From positions 81,431 through 145,430 of the forward strand of contig JANPLU010000128.1 in NCBI GenBank assembly GCA_031422435.1: 64,000 bases of DNA, written 5' to 3'. The translations under genes were made by a program, and so were the position numbers. A model generated the notes under the pieces. That model saw only the letters and a program-made list of their open reading frames with translations. It was not told the origin of the DNA and made no database searches. The DNA comes from Acaryochloridaceae cyanobacterium VAR_48_metabat_390 (GTDB lineage: Bacteria; Cyanobacteriota; Cyanobacteriia; Thermosynechococcales; Thermosynechococcaceae). Below are positions 1 to 9,058 of the stretch, in pieces. Numbering within the stretch: position 1 is the stretch's first letter; the number at the start of each line of letters is the position of its first letter.

Positions 1-1012
1 ACTCTATGGCATGTCCCCGCAGCGAAACCTGATCTTGGGTAAAGCTCAGCGGGTCGCCTTGGGCAATTTTGATTTGCTCGGCAATTAAATCTAGCCCCGT
101 AATCATCTCCGTCACAGGATGCTCAACCTGGATGCGGGTATTCATCTCCATAAAGTAGAAATTGCCAGAGATATCTAGCAAAAACTCAACGGTTCCAGCG
201 CCCACATAGCCAATAGACTGGGCAGCTTTGACCGCTGCATCCCCCATTTTTTGACGCAGTTCAGGCGTTAAGGCGGCACTGGGCGCTTCTTCTAGCAGCT
301 TTTGGTGACGGCGCTGAATCGAGCAGTCGCGCTCACCCAAATGCACCACGTTGCCGTGGCTGTCTGCCAAAATCTGAAACTCAATGTGACGGGGTTTTTC
401 AATAAATTTTTCGAGGTACACGCCCCCATTGCCAAAGGCTGCTTCTGCTTCCCCTTGGGCAGCCAAAAAGAGCTTCACCAAATCTTCCGGCTCTCGCACC
501 AGACGCATCCCGCGACCGCCGCCCCCAGCCGTAGCCTTCACCATCAGGGGAAAGCCAATGTGCTCGGAGATCGCCTTTGCAACCTCTTCATCTGCGACAA
601 TGCCGTCACTACCAGGCACCGTTGGCACCCCCGCCTTCTGCATTGTTTCCTTTGCCGTAGACTTATCCCCCATGCGACGAATGGAATCGGGCGAGGGACC
701 AATAAACTGGATTTGGTGATCGGCACAAATTTCGGCAAACTTGGCATTTTCAGCCAAAAACCCATAGCCAGGATGAATCGCCGTCGCATTGCGCGTCAGC
801 GCCGCCGCAATAATATTGGGGATATTGAGATAGCTTTTTGCGCTGGGCGCTTCTCCAATACACACGGCTTCGTCAGCCAACTGTACATGGAGTGCAGATT
901 GATCAACCGTAGAGTGCACGGCTACTGTCGCAATACCCAGTTCTTCACAGGTTCGGAGAATTCGGAGCGCAATTTCACCGCGATTGGCAATCAGAATTTT
1001 AGAAAAGCGCAT
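1..1012 (-). CDS. accC: acetyl-CoA carboxylase biotin carboxylase subunit (5' part; runs off the window start)
   Basis: Not in the ORF track. Minus strand from ATG at 1012 reads [18 protein letters not shown]..., with later [18 protein letters not shown], both biotin carboxylase signatures. Confidence 0.96.
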   Translation of the reverse strand, partial: MRFSKILIANRGEIALRILRTCEELGIATVAVHSTVDQSALHVQLADEAVCIGEAPSAKSYLNIPNIIAAALTRNATAIHPGYGFLAENAKFAEICADHQIQFIGPSPDSIRRMGDKSTAKETMQKAGVPTVPGSDGIVADEEVAKAISEHIGFPLMVKATAGGGGRGMRLVREPEDLVKLFLAAQGEAEAAFGNGGVYLEKFIEKPRHIEFQILADSHGNVVHLGERDCSIQRRHQKLLEEAPSAALTPELRQKMGDAAVKAAQSIGYVGAGTVEFLLDISGNFYFMEMNTRIQVEHPVTEMITGLDLIAEQIKIAQGDPLSFTQDQVSLRGHAIE

Positions 1013-1134
1013 GTTTTCAGCGGGCGTAGACGCGCGAGTAGGTATTGAACCATTAGGTTCAGTCAACTGCTCATCCTATCACGTTGTCATAGACCGCCCT
1101 CACATCAATAGCAGCTACCAAAACAAACTTAAGA

Positions 1135-3078
1135 CTAGCGATTGTCAGGGAGTGGCTCTAGGGGTGGCGGCTCACCATTCTGTAACGGGGGTTCATTTCC
1201 CAGCGGGGGCGGCTCTGACCTAACCTCAGGCGGTGGTTCGCTGGCGCTTTCTGCTGGGGCATCACTGCTGCTGCTGGGAGAAGTCGACTCAGAAGGCTGC
1301 GGTGCTGGCTCACTCTCAGCCCGAATCTGACGGCGGCGCTCAGCCCAGTCCGAAATTCTAGATTGCGCTTCTCCATACACTGCACGGTTAGACCCAATAT
1401 CAGAAGCACGGGCGATCGCCTCTGATAGTCGCCCTTCACTGGCGAGCGCATCGGCTTCGTTAAGAATAGGGCGATCTTCTGCGGCCTGAGTCTGAGCAAT
1501 CCACTCACCCACACGGGCTTGAGCATCTTGATAAAGCGATCGATTTGACCCAATTTTGTCAGCCGTCTGAATCGCAGCCGTGAGGTCGCCTTTTTTGGCA
1601 AGGGCGATCGCCTGATCTAAGATGGGCTGATCTTCAATCCGTTGAATCGCGTTTCCCCACTGAGCGACCAAGGTTTGAGCGGCATCTCGTAGTGGTTGGC
1701 CTGACAAGATCTTACCCGCCTCTGTTATCGCACTCTGAAGGCTAGCAATGGTGTTGTCCACTGCCATCTGCTGAGCACGAGCCATAAACTGACGATCTTG
1801 AAGCGAACCAACCTGCTTTGTCCAAGAAGCAATTAAGGTTTGAGCCTCTACACGACGGGGCTGCCCCGAGCGAACCATCGCAGCCTGCTCCGTCGCCAGT
1901 TTGTAGCCTGAAACCTGGTCTACCCCTGCAAACCATTTGGCGATCGTCAATTGCCCCCACGCCTGAATTTGCCCTTCCCACCTCTGACGCTGCGCTTTAG
2001 TCGAATCATAGACAGGCGTATTGGCATCAATTTGGGCAGCAAAAGCATGAGCCTGAATCGCAGACCACAGCGTCTCATCCTTCGCTGCCGTCCCTGCACG
2101 ACCTAACTGAAGGTAAGAAGCAGCAACATTGGCAACTTTCGCGGTCGGCGGCACCTTCTGTGCCGCATTTACCATCTGTGCATAGTCGCCATTCGCTTGA
2201 GCAGACTTAGCAATGGCAACGAGTTTTTCACTCCATTCATCAATTTTTTCACCCACACGCTTACGCGCCAAACGCTTTGGGTCAATTTTGCTTGCGGCCT
2301 GAATTGCCTTAGCAAAATCATCGGGACTTCCATAATCTGCAATGGCCTGTGCTGAAGCAATTTTATAAAACGCCTCTTGCTCAACGGACATTTCTTTGAC
2401 AATTTTGTCTGCTTGCCCCTGCCAGAAGCTGCTGCCAAGCTGCATCAAATCGCGGACTTGCTCCATTGCTAGGCCCCAATTTTGATCCTGAATGGCTGTT
2501 TTCGCTTTCTTAAACGTTGCGTCCCCTTTTTGCCAGTTGCCCTGCCAATCTTGAATCATGGCCTGAGCATCTGCATGAACGCCGCTGGTTTTAGGCACTT
2601 TTTGAGCTAAAGCAATTCCCTTTTTGAGATCTCCCGCTTCTACTTTTTTACGAGCTAACACCAAAATAGACTCAGACCAATGATCTGAGAGCTGTCTAGA
2701 CTGCTCAAATAAGGGGTCGGATTCTGTAATAGAGCCAGCCAATTGCAGTGCGGCGGAGAGGGAAGCTTCATCCCCTTTTCGGGCCGACTGATCGGCACAG
2801 TAGAGCTGTCCAGAATCTGACAGCGTTGCTTTGAAAAGCTTACGGCAGCTTGGAGTCGGCGGCAAACCCGTCAGCCACTGAAAGGCGATCGCTCCAGTCA
2901 GGGTCGAGGTGGCCAACACAACAAGCCAAAATAAACCCTGAGAGCGTTTGTAGGGGAACCGCTCCCAAGCTTCCTGCATTGGCGTAAAAATCGTCTTTTT
3001 AGGTTCGGGCGCAGCACCCACTTCAGCCTCTATTTTTGGCTCCGAAGCAGGAGCCGACGAAGGTTCATTCGTGGACAT
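1135..3078 (-). CDS. membrane-anchored alpha-helical repeat protein (conserved cyanobacterial hypothetical)
   Basis: 647 aa ORF; one TM segment near the N-terminus, repeated 'AQxxIxxW' helical units, Pro/Glu/Ser-rich tail. Confidence 0.75.
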   Translation of the reverse strand: MSTNEPSSAPASEPKIEAEVGAAPEPKKTIFTPMQEAWERFPYKRSQGLFWLVVLATSTLTGAIAFQWLTGLPPTPSCRKLFKATLSDSGQLYCADQSARKGDEASLSAALQLAGSITESDPLFEQSRQLSDHWSESILVLARKKVEAGDLKKGIALAQKVPKTSGVHADAQAMIQDWQGNWQKGDATFKKAKTAIQDQNWGLAMEQVRDLMQLGSSFWQGQADKIVKEMSVEQEAFYKIASAQAIADYGSPDDFAKAIQAASKIDPKRLARKRVGEKIDEWSEKLVAIAKSAQANGDYAQMVNAAQKVPPTAKVANVAASYLQLGRAGTAAKDETLWSAIQAHAFAAQIDANTPVYDSTKAQRQRWEGQIQAWGQLTIAKWFAGVDQVSGYKLATEQAAMVRSGQPRRVEAQTLIASWTKQVGSLQDRQFMARAQQMAVDNTIASLQSAITEAGKILSGQPLRDAAQTLVAQWGNAIQRIEDQPILDQAIALAKKGDLTAAIQTADKIGSNRSLYQDAQARVGEWIAQTQAAEDRPILNEADALASEGRLSEAIARASDIGSNRAVYGEAQSRISDWAERRRQIRAESEPAPQPSESTSPSSSSDAPAESASEPPPEVRSEPPPLGNEPPLQNGEPPPLEPLPDNR

Positions 3079-3183
3079 CAGAGAAATCTAAAGAATAAAC
3101 AAGACTAAAACCCATCTAAAGACAGATTGTTAGATTTTATCTTAGGGCTTTGGGTCTCTAATCACAAATCTTGGGCAATTCAT

Positions 3184-3229
3184 ACAAAGAAGGTGTGTAA
3201 TGCAAATTGACATTACACACCTTCTTTGT
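3184..3229. terminator. perfect 19-bp-arm hairpin downstream of rpmI-rplT
   Basis: ACAAAGAAGGTGTGTAATG-caaattga-CATTACACACCTTCTTTGT. Confidence 0.75.
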
Positions 3230-3279
3230 GTAGATATTTAAGCTTTGAATCGCTAAGCACCCCAAAAACAAAGGATTAA

Positions 3280-3639
3280 CTAAGCTTTTGCTGCCTGAGC
3301 CGCAATCTCTAAAACAGAGGTAAATCCATCGGGATCTAAGACCGCAAGCTGAGCCAACATTTTACGATTGAGTAAAACATCAGCTTTTTTGAGATTACCA
3401 ATAAGCTGGCTGTAGCTCATTCCATGCAGACGAGAGGCCGCATTAATCCGAGCAATCCACAGGCGGCGGAAATCGCGCTTGCGCTTACGACGGTCACGAT
3501 AGGCATTTCGCAGCGCCTTCATGACCTGCTGGTTAGCAGTACGGAACAAACGAGAGTGTGACCCTCGGAAGCCTTTAGCTAACTTAAGAATTTTTTTGCG
3601 GCGCTTGCGAGCGACGTTACCGCGTTTGACCCGTGTCAT
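3280..3639 (-). CDS. rplT: 50S ribosomal protein L20
   Basis: [26 protein letters not shown]...[16 protein letters not shown]. Confidence 0.99.
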   Translation of the reverse strand: MTRVKRGNVARKRRKKILKLAKGFRGSHSRLFRTANQQVMKALRNAYRDRRKRKRDFRRLWIARINAASRLHGMSYSQLIGNLKKADVLLNRKMLAQLAVLDPDGFTSVLEIAAQAAKA

Positions 3640-3697
3640 GTCTTCGTCCTTGTTTCCAGTGTTGTTACTCTATGCGCAAAGGTAGTGCGCTCAAAAA

Positions 3698-3895
3698 TTA
3701 GGCGTAGGGCATCATAAGACTGACGTTACCAGCATCTCGCTCATCTACTACAGCCATATGAGACAGCCGAGTTTTTTGAGACGTTGTCTTATGTTCTAAG
3801 ATGTGGTTTTTACCGGCCTTGCGACGCATAAACTTTCCGCTACCACTGCGCTTGAATCGCTTTGCGGCGGAGCGTCGCGTTTTTAACTTGGGCAT
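3698..3895 (-). CDS. rpmI: 50S ribosomal protein L35
   Basis: [21 protein letters not shown]; directly upstream of rplT. Confidence 0.99.
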   Translation of the reverse strand: MPKLKTRRSAAKRFKRSGSGKFMRRKAGKNHILEHKTTSQKTRLSHMAVVDERDAGNVSLMMPYA

Positions 3896-3992
3896 GGTGT
3901 TCCTAGATATTAAACACAGTCTTTAACTATATGCTGTTATTAGTCTCAAACGCAAGCTTTTATTTTATTTTGCTCCAAATGCCGTCCACGCC

Positions 3993-5111
3993 TTAATTCC
4001 GAATCTGGATAGGCATGATGAGATAGGTGACTTTTTGTCCAGAGACTGGGGACAAAATGGCGGGCATGGTTTCGGCGTTTAGCTGCATTTGAATTTCGCT
4101 GCTATGAACGGCTTTCAGCCCATCACTGAGATACTTGACGTTAAACGCAATTTCAATAGACTTTCCAGAAATCTGTGCCGGAATGGATTCTTCGCCACTG
4201 CCAAATTCTGGCGCTTCAGCAGACAAAAATAAACTCTGTTTCTCTTGATCAAGGCGCAGGCGAATAATGTTGTTTTTGCGCGCTGCCAGTACGGCAATGC
4301 GGTCTACACCACTTAAAAAAGCCTGCCGATCTACCGCCATCTGCCGCTCGAAGGTGCTAGGCACAAGCTGGTTATAGGCAGGGTACTGACCATCTAGCAG
4401 ACGGCAGCTTAGGCGCTCAATGCCCTGCTCAGACTTCAGCTCAAACACAATCTGGGTTTTATCGGAGCGCACTTCTACCATTGCGACGGTGCGCCCTAGC
4501 ATTCGCTCTAGCTCTCGGAGCGCCCGTGCTGGGACGGTGACGTCGATATGGTCTGCATTACTCGAGTCTGGGAACTGGGCGATCGCCAGTCGATGTCCGT
4601 CTGTGGTTGCCATTTCTAGCCCTTCAGCAGAGGAGCTAATATGTAGCCCCGTCAAAACCTGCTTACTTTCATCTGTGCTAGATGCAAACAGCGTGGACTG
4701 AAGCCCATCCGTCAAAACTGCTGTATCTAGAAGCAGCGGCTCAATTTCGGCCAACGTGGGCAACTCAGGAAACTCATCGGCAGAAAGCCCCTGCATTTGG
4801 TAGCGCCCTGAACCGCAAGACAGCGAAACAGCAAGTTCTTCCGTCTCAAGGCGAACCTCTTGGTTGGGGAGCCGAGACACAATTTCACTAAACAAGCGCG
4901 CAGGCAGTGTCAAAGATCCGGTCGCTTCAACTGTTGCAGGGATCCACACCTGCATCCCAATGCTTAAGTCAAAAACTGATAGTCCGAGGCGGTCTGGCTC
5001 TGCAATGAGCAGCACATTTGCAAGAACGGGATGAGTCGGGTTGGTCGGAACAATTCTGCTTATTAAAGAAAGTTTGGAACTCAAGTCACTCTGGGAACAA
5101 ACTAACTTCAT
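3993..5111 (-). CDS. dnaN: DNA polymerase III beta sliding clamp
   Basis: 372 aa; ATTDGHRLA, LLDGQYPAY, IAFNVKYL and YLIMPIQ motifs. Confidence 0.98.
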   Translation of the reverse strand: MKLVCSQSDLSSKLSLISRIVPTNPTHPVLANVLLIAEPDRLGLSVFDLSIGMQVWIPATVEATGSLTLPARLFSEIVSRLPNQEVRLETEELAVSLSCGSGRYQMQGLSADEFPELPTLAEIEPLLLDTAVLTDGLQSTLFASSTDESKQVLTGLHISSSAEGLEMATTDGHRLAIAQFPDSSNADHIDVTVPARALRELERMLGRTVAMVEVRSDKTQIVFELKSEQGIERLSCRLLDGQYPAYNQLVPSTFERQMAVDRQAFLSGVDRIAVLAARKNNIIRLRLDQEKQSLFLSAEAPEFGSGEESIPAQISGKSIEIAFNVKYLSDGLKAVHSSEIQMQLNAETMPAILSPVSGQKVTYLIMPIQIRN

Positions 5112-5269
5112 ACTGCCGCTGCTTAAAATCTGCTTTTAAAAAATGGACTGCTTGACAAAGGTGGAATGCAACTGAACCGAATTTGTAGCGACCAACATCC
5201 TACCACCCTTTTTTCAAATTCCGAGAAGGGCATTTTCTACAAATCACTTTTGCTCTAAACGATTCCTAT

Positions 5270-5503
5270 TCTTTTTAAAATTTAAAACTAGTAGCTATAG
5301 TAGGGGCTGTGGAAACTGTGGATAACTTTTTAAAAGCCTTGCTCAGCAAGCGTTAAAGGCACTTACCCCCTGTGGATAACTTGTGGATAACTTTGCCGAG
5401 TTATCCACAGCCTGTGGAAAGATAAAAAGTATTCCACAGGCAAGCCGAGTTATCCACAGGTTTATCCACAGGTTTATCCACAGAAAACGGGTAGTTATCC
5501 ACA
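5270..5503. other. oriC: chromosomal replication origin oriC (DnaA-box cluster, DnaA-trios, AT-rich segment)
   Basis: Perfect TTATCCACA or its complement starting at 5317, 5371, 5382, 5401, 5450, 5462, 5474 and 5495; degenerate boxes at 5308, 5413 and 5430; TAG-TAG-CTA-TAG-TAG at 5289-5303; directly upstream of dnaN. Confidence 0.93.
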
Positions 5504-5761
5504 GGCTGAAATGAGGTTTACGTTTCTTCATATAAAAATTTATTTTTCTCAGAAATAAGGCTGAATTGCTTGTAGGGTATACGTCTTACGTTTTGATTTG
5601 TCAAACATAAGAAATTTGTATGTTTGACTTTCTAAGCACTCTTAAATGCTCACAACTCCCTGTGTAAATCATTTTTTGCTGATTTGGGGCAGGCTCAGAT
5701 TTGCGATGATTGGCGATCCTAACTATGATGCAGATAAGAGTTCTAAGTTTTGTAAAGTTGC

Positions 5762-6394
5762 TTGAATAAGAATGCCTTGAAAATAGAAGCAGATTTTCCG
5801 CAGGATGGCTTGTCTTGTATACGAGACTGGCAGCGTCTAGAGATGAGCTGGTTTGGCGATCAGGAGACGCTACTTCATGGCGTACCTCGCCATTTGCTGA
5901 CGCCACCCTGGCAGGTTTTAGTATTAGGCGATGGTTCTACTACCCGTCATCTTCAGCTTTTAACAGGAGAATCTATTGCTGTTGATGTGGTGGATATGTC
6001 CTTAATTGGAATGCACGCTGACCACGCACCGGATTTGATTCAGGCTGTGCCTGGCCCACGCTTAAGGCGACAGGTTTGGCTAAAAACGGCATCGGGTCAG
6101 CGTTTGGCCTATGCAACATCTTGGTGGGAGGCGAGCCATGTGGATGAGTATTTACACAATCGTTCTATCCCGATATGGTCGAGCTTAGCGAACCTGCGGA
6201 TGGAGCTGTATCGAGATATCCGAGAGGCTTTTCTGGGGCACTCGGAGGCGCTGGAAATTGCCTTTGGATGCCCTGGTCCATTTTGGGGGCGCTACTACCT
6301 GTTTTGGCATAATGGCAAGCCGCTGACGCTGATCTATGAGGTGTTTTCCTCTTGTCTTAAAACCTATTTAGGCTCATCTTGCCCAGAGCTTTAG
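5762..6394 (+). CDS. chorismate pyruvate-lyase-like protein (UbiC/Ycf21, DUF98)
   Basis: LGDGSTTRHLQLL, RLRRQVWL, LAYATSWW and PLTLIYEVFS motifs; start codon uncertain. Confidence 0.88.
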   Translation: MNKNALKIEADFPQDGLSCIRDWQRLEMSWFGDQETLLHGVPRHLLTPPWQVLVLGDGSTTRHLQLLTGESIAVDVVDMSLIGMHADHAPDLIQAVPGPRLRRQVWLKTASGQRLAYATSWWEASHVDEYLHNRSIPIWSSLANLRMELYRDIREAFLGHSEALEIAFGCPGPFWGRYYLFWHNGKPLTLIYEVFSSCLKTYLGSSCPEL

Positions 6395-6448
6395 TGGGTC
6401 GTGTGAGGTAGGCCGATTGGTCTTCTACACTTCTCAAAAAGTGATTTA

Positions 6449-6491
6449 AAACAGTTAACCCGTCAGATGATGTCTGACGGGTTAACTGTTT
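6449..6491. terminator. bidirectional terminator-like hairpin between convergent genes
   Basis: AAACAGTTAACCCGTCAGA-tgatg-TCTGACGGGTTAACTGTTT, 19-bp perfect arms. Confidence 0.8.
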
Positions 6492-6510
6492 GAGAGAAAT
6501 TGAAATTAAA

Positions 6511-6960
6511 TTAAGCGCTTTTAATGGTTTTAGCCATGTCTAGGTAAGACTTCATGTTGGCTCCAGGACGACGGCGCGACCCGAAGACGGTGTAATTGCT
6601 AGCAGGGGTTGGTGCAGGTGTATTGCTAACGGTAACTGTAGACTGTGGGAGGTTAAGCGCGGCGGCAGTTGCGGCGGGAGCAGCAGCGGCAGGAGCTGGC
6701 TTTGTTTTAGCCGCCTTCGTTGTAGCTTTAGCGGCAGGTGCAGACGCTGGCGCTGGCGTTGAAACACCTTGGGCATCTTCTGCTTCGAGAAAGAAGGCTC
6801 CGCTCTTTTTCTTCTGTTTGGCTGGTGCTGCTGCTGCATCTGGATCTTTTTTGGAGGACAGAAGCTTTAGCGGCAGTGTAATCAGGGTGATGGGCAGCTT
6901 AAGGATTGTGACGAAAATTCCAAAAATGGAGGCAAAAAGTTTTTTAATAGAGCCGATCAT
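6511..6960 (-). CDS. Ala/Pro-rich hypothetical protein with amphipathic N-terminus
   Basis: 149 aa; FFLEAEDA and C-terminal RRRPGANMKSYLDMAK motifs recognisable from cyanobacterial hypotheticals; followed by a terminator. Confidence 0.75.
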   Translation of the reverse strand: MIGSIKKLFASIFGIFVTILKLPITLITLPLKLLSSKKDPDAAAAPAKQKKKSGAFFLEAEDAQGVSTPAPASAPAAKATTKAAKTKPAPAAAAPAATAAALNLPQSTVTVSNTPAPTPASNYTVFGSRRRPGANMKSYLDMAKTIKSA

Positions 6961-7230
6961 GAAAAGTTCTCCTGAGCCGTGCAGTGTTATGCCGATGAAA
7001 ATCGTGGATCTTTAATGAAGGTAAGTAATGGCGGGCTAGGCAATATCATCAGCCCAAACAAAAGCCGTAACCTGACAGACAGCGAGGTTATTGAGTCTAG
7101 GCTCAGATAGCGGCAGCGTCACTAAAATTATCAGGGCTTGATGTACATCCTGAAAAGCTAAACGTTTCGTTTCGTAACAAAGCCTCAGTTTTTGGGGTGT
7201 TTAGAGTCGTAATGTTTTGCTCAACTGACA

Positions 7231-7268
7231 ACCCACCCCGCCCTTCGGGCACCCCTCCCAGGAGGGGA
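7231..7268. repeat. short GC-rich double-hairpin intergenic repeat (REP-like)
   Basis: GCCCTTCGGGC hairpin followed by CCCCTCC-CA-GGAGGGG hairpin. Confidence 0.6.
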
Positions 7269-7294
7269 TTTTTTCGTACTTGTGTGTACAGCCT

Positions 7295-7945
7295 CTAAGG
7301 GCGAATCGCTTCAATTCGTCGAAAGTCACCTTCGATTTCTGTCCATAAGGATTTATTGTGTGGGTCTGTTTTGAGCGCCTTTTTGAGATAGGCACGAGCC
7401 TGGGTCAGTTTTCGGTCTTCGATGAGTTGGCGACCCCAGCGCTGGTAGATAATTGCCTGCCACTGACGGATTTCGGGGTCATTGGGGAGGCGCGCTTGCA
7501 GAGCCTCGATGATGGCGATCGCCCTTGGTAAGCTCCTGCGCTTAATGAGATCTTCGAGCTGACGGTAGGTTTCAAGCTTCAGCTTTTGGTCGGCAAAGGA
7601 TAACTCTTGGGGAAGGGGTGCAGCAGATTCGGGTTGAGAATGAGTTGGGGTCTGAGGTACTTGAGCCGATGGGGCGGCTGTTTTGACTGAAATTTTAATG
7701 TCTGGAACTGGGCTGGGCTGTGGCGTGGGTCTAACTGAAGTTGACACGGGACGAGCGGCGGCAATTTTGCCTAACACTTTATAGGCTTCAGTAATGCGAA
7801 TGAAGTGATCGTGGGCTTTGGTATTGTTGGGGTTTACGTCAGGGTGAAGCCGACGGGCTAAGCGTCGATAGGAGGATTTAATATCTTCTAAACTGGCGGC
7901 TGAGGTGAGTTCTAGGAGCCGATAACACTCAATAATATCCATCAA
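7295..7945 (-). CDS. J-domain (DnaJ class C) protein with C-terminal TPR-like helices
   Basis: YRRLARRLHPDVNP with the HPD motif; C-terminal ARAYLKKALKTDPHN. Confidence 0.9.
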   Translation of the reverse strand: MMDIIECYRLLELTSAASLEDIKSSYRRLARRLHPDVNPNNTKAHDHFIRITEAYKVLGKIAAARPVSTSVRPTPQPSPVPDIKISVKTAAPSAQVPQTPTHSQPESAAPLPQELSFADQKLKLETYRQLEDLIKRRSLPRAIAIIEALQARLPNDPEIRQWQAIIYQRWGRQLIEDRKLTQARAYLKKALKTDPHNKSLWTEIEGDFRRIEAIRP

Positions 7946-8197
7946 ATTTTGAAGCCTATGAAAGCCAGCGTGTTTATATCCCTTGGTTTTAGAGTGGTCA
8001 ATCTCAATCGGTTTCTTTCACGAAAGGTCAGAAATCTCTATGCTGCCAGTCTGTCTGCACTACATTAACATCTGTACTGTGGGGTCACAATTCAATGTAG
8101 GGCAACACGAGAAAGAGGCAACTTCAACTCATAAAGCTGCGTCTTTGAGAACATTGAGTGAAACATTCCGGCTTTTATGCACAAGCGATAAAGAAAA

Positions 8198-9037
8198 ATG
8201 TTGAGAGTTTGGTCTACTATGCCGCTGATGGCGTTGGGGGGAAGTGTGATGATCGCCGCGTCCCAAACGTTGGCGCTTTCTCTACCTGCGATCGCCCAGT
8301 TCCCAACCTTGGAAACATCTGCGCCGAATCAAGTGGATGCCGCTTTTCCTGAGTCGATTGGCAGCGCGGTGATGCAGGCCGCTGCTACTCAGTCTGGTTT
8401 ACCGCTAGAGCAGCTAACGCTTTTTCAGGCAAAGCCTAAAACTTGGTCAGATGGATGTTTAGGCTTTGCACCGCCAGACCAACTGTGTACCGCCGCTCTG
8501 GTTAGGGGTTGGGAAGTGATGGTGACGCACGAGCGCCAGGAATGGGTGTATCGCACCAGCGCAACGGGACAAAAAATCATGTTAGATCCAGCAGGTGGTC
8601 GATTAAGTCGCTTAATCGTGCCTCCCGCTGAGCAGATTCCGGCGAGTCAACTGCCGCCCAAGGTAGATCGATCTGTGGTGTTTCGAGAAATTAAGACGGA
8701 TAGCTTTGCTGGCATTACCCAAGAAACCAGGCTGTATAAAGATGGACGTTTAGTGAAGCATCCGCTCTCTAAAGCGCCAAAGCCATCGGAAGGCGAACTG
8801 ATTCGCACGCTCCCGAAGGCAGAAGTTAAGACATTTGTGAAGTTATTAGAAACTCGTCATTTTGGTCAATTTGGTGGGCTACGCTATCCGGCTCCCAGTG
8901 GCTCAGCGGATTATTTCACCATTACCCTCGGCAACTGGCAGACCACGGTTCAATATACGGATATAAGTATGAAGAAACTACCGCCTGATTTAGAGAAAAT
9001 ACGAGAGGCTTGGCGATCGTTGGTTTCACCTGAATGA
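8198..9037 (+). CDS. exported hypothetical protein (WxDGCLG...C domain plus second domain)
   Basis: Signal-peptide-like N-terminus; TWSDGCLG...LCTAALVRGW; C-terminal SFAG...ADYFTITL. Confidence 0.75.
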   Translation: MLRVWSTMPLMALGGSVMIAASQTLALSLPAIAQFPTLETSAPNQVDAAFPESIGSAVMQAAATQSGLPLEQLTLFQAKPKTWSDGCLGFAPPDQLCTAALVRGWEVMVTHERQEWVYRTSATGQKIMLDPAGGRLSRLIVPPAEQIPASQLPPKVDRSVVFREIKTDSFAGITQETRLYKDGRLVKHPLSKAPKPSEGELIRTLPKAEVKTFVKLLETRHFGQFGGLRYPAPSGSADYFTITLGNWQTTVQYTDISMKKLPPDLEKIREAWRSLVSPE

Positions 9038-9058
9038 ATTGAGTCTGTGCGCACGTAG

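Noticed and set aside
302..1048. 248-aa plus-strand ORF
   Set aside because: Antisense shadow of accC, which occupies the minus strand
5343..5531. 62-aa ORF with LWIN/LWIT repeats, and a CRISPR-like look of the repeats
   Set aside because: It is the translation of the DnaA-box array; 9-bp boxes with irregular short gaps are not a CRISPR array, and no cas genes are present
5601..5906. 101-aa minus-strand ORF next to oriC
   Set aside because: Overlaps the chorismate lyase gene on the opposite strand and has no recognisable motif
6596..7015. 139-aa Ala-rich plus-strand ORF
   Set aside because: Antisense to the 6511-6960 gene, which carries the recognisable motifs
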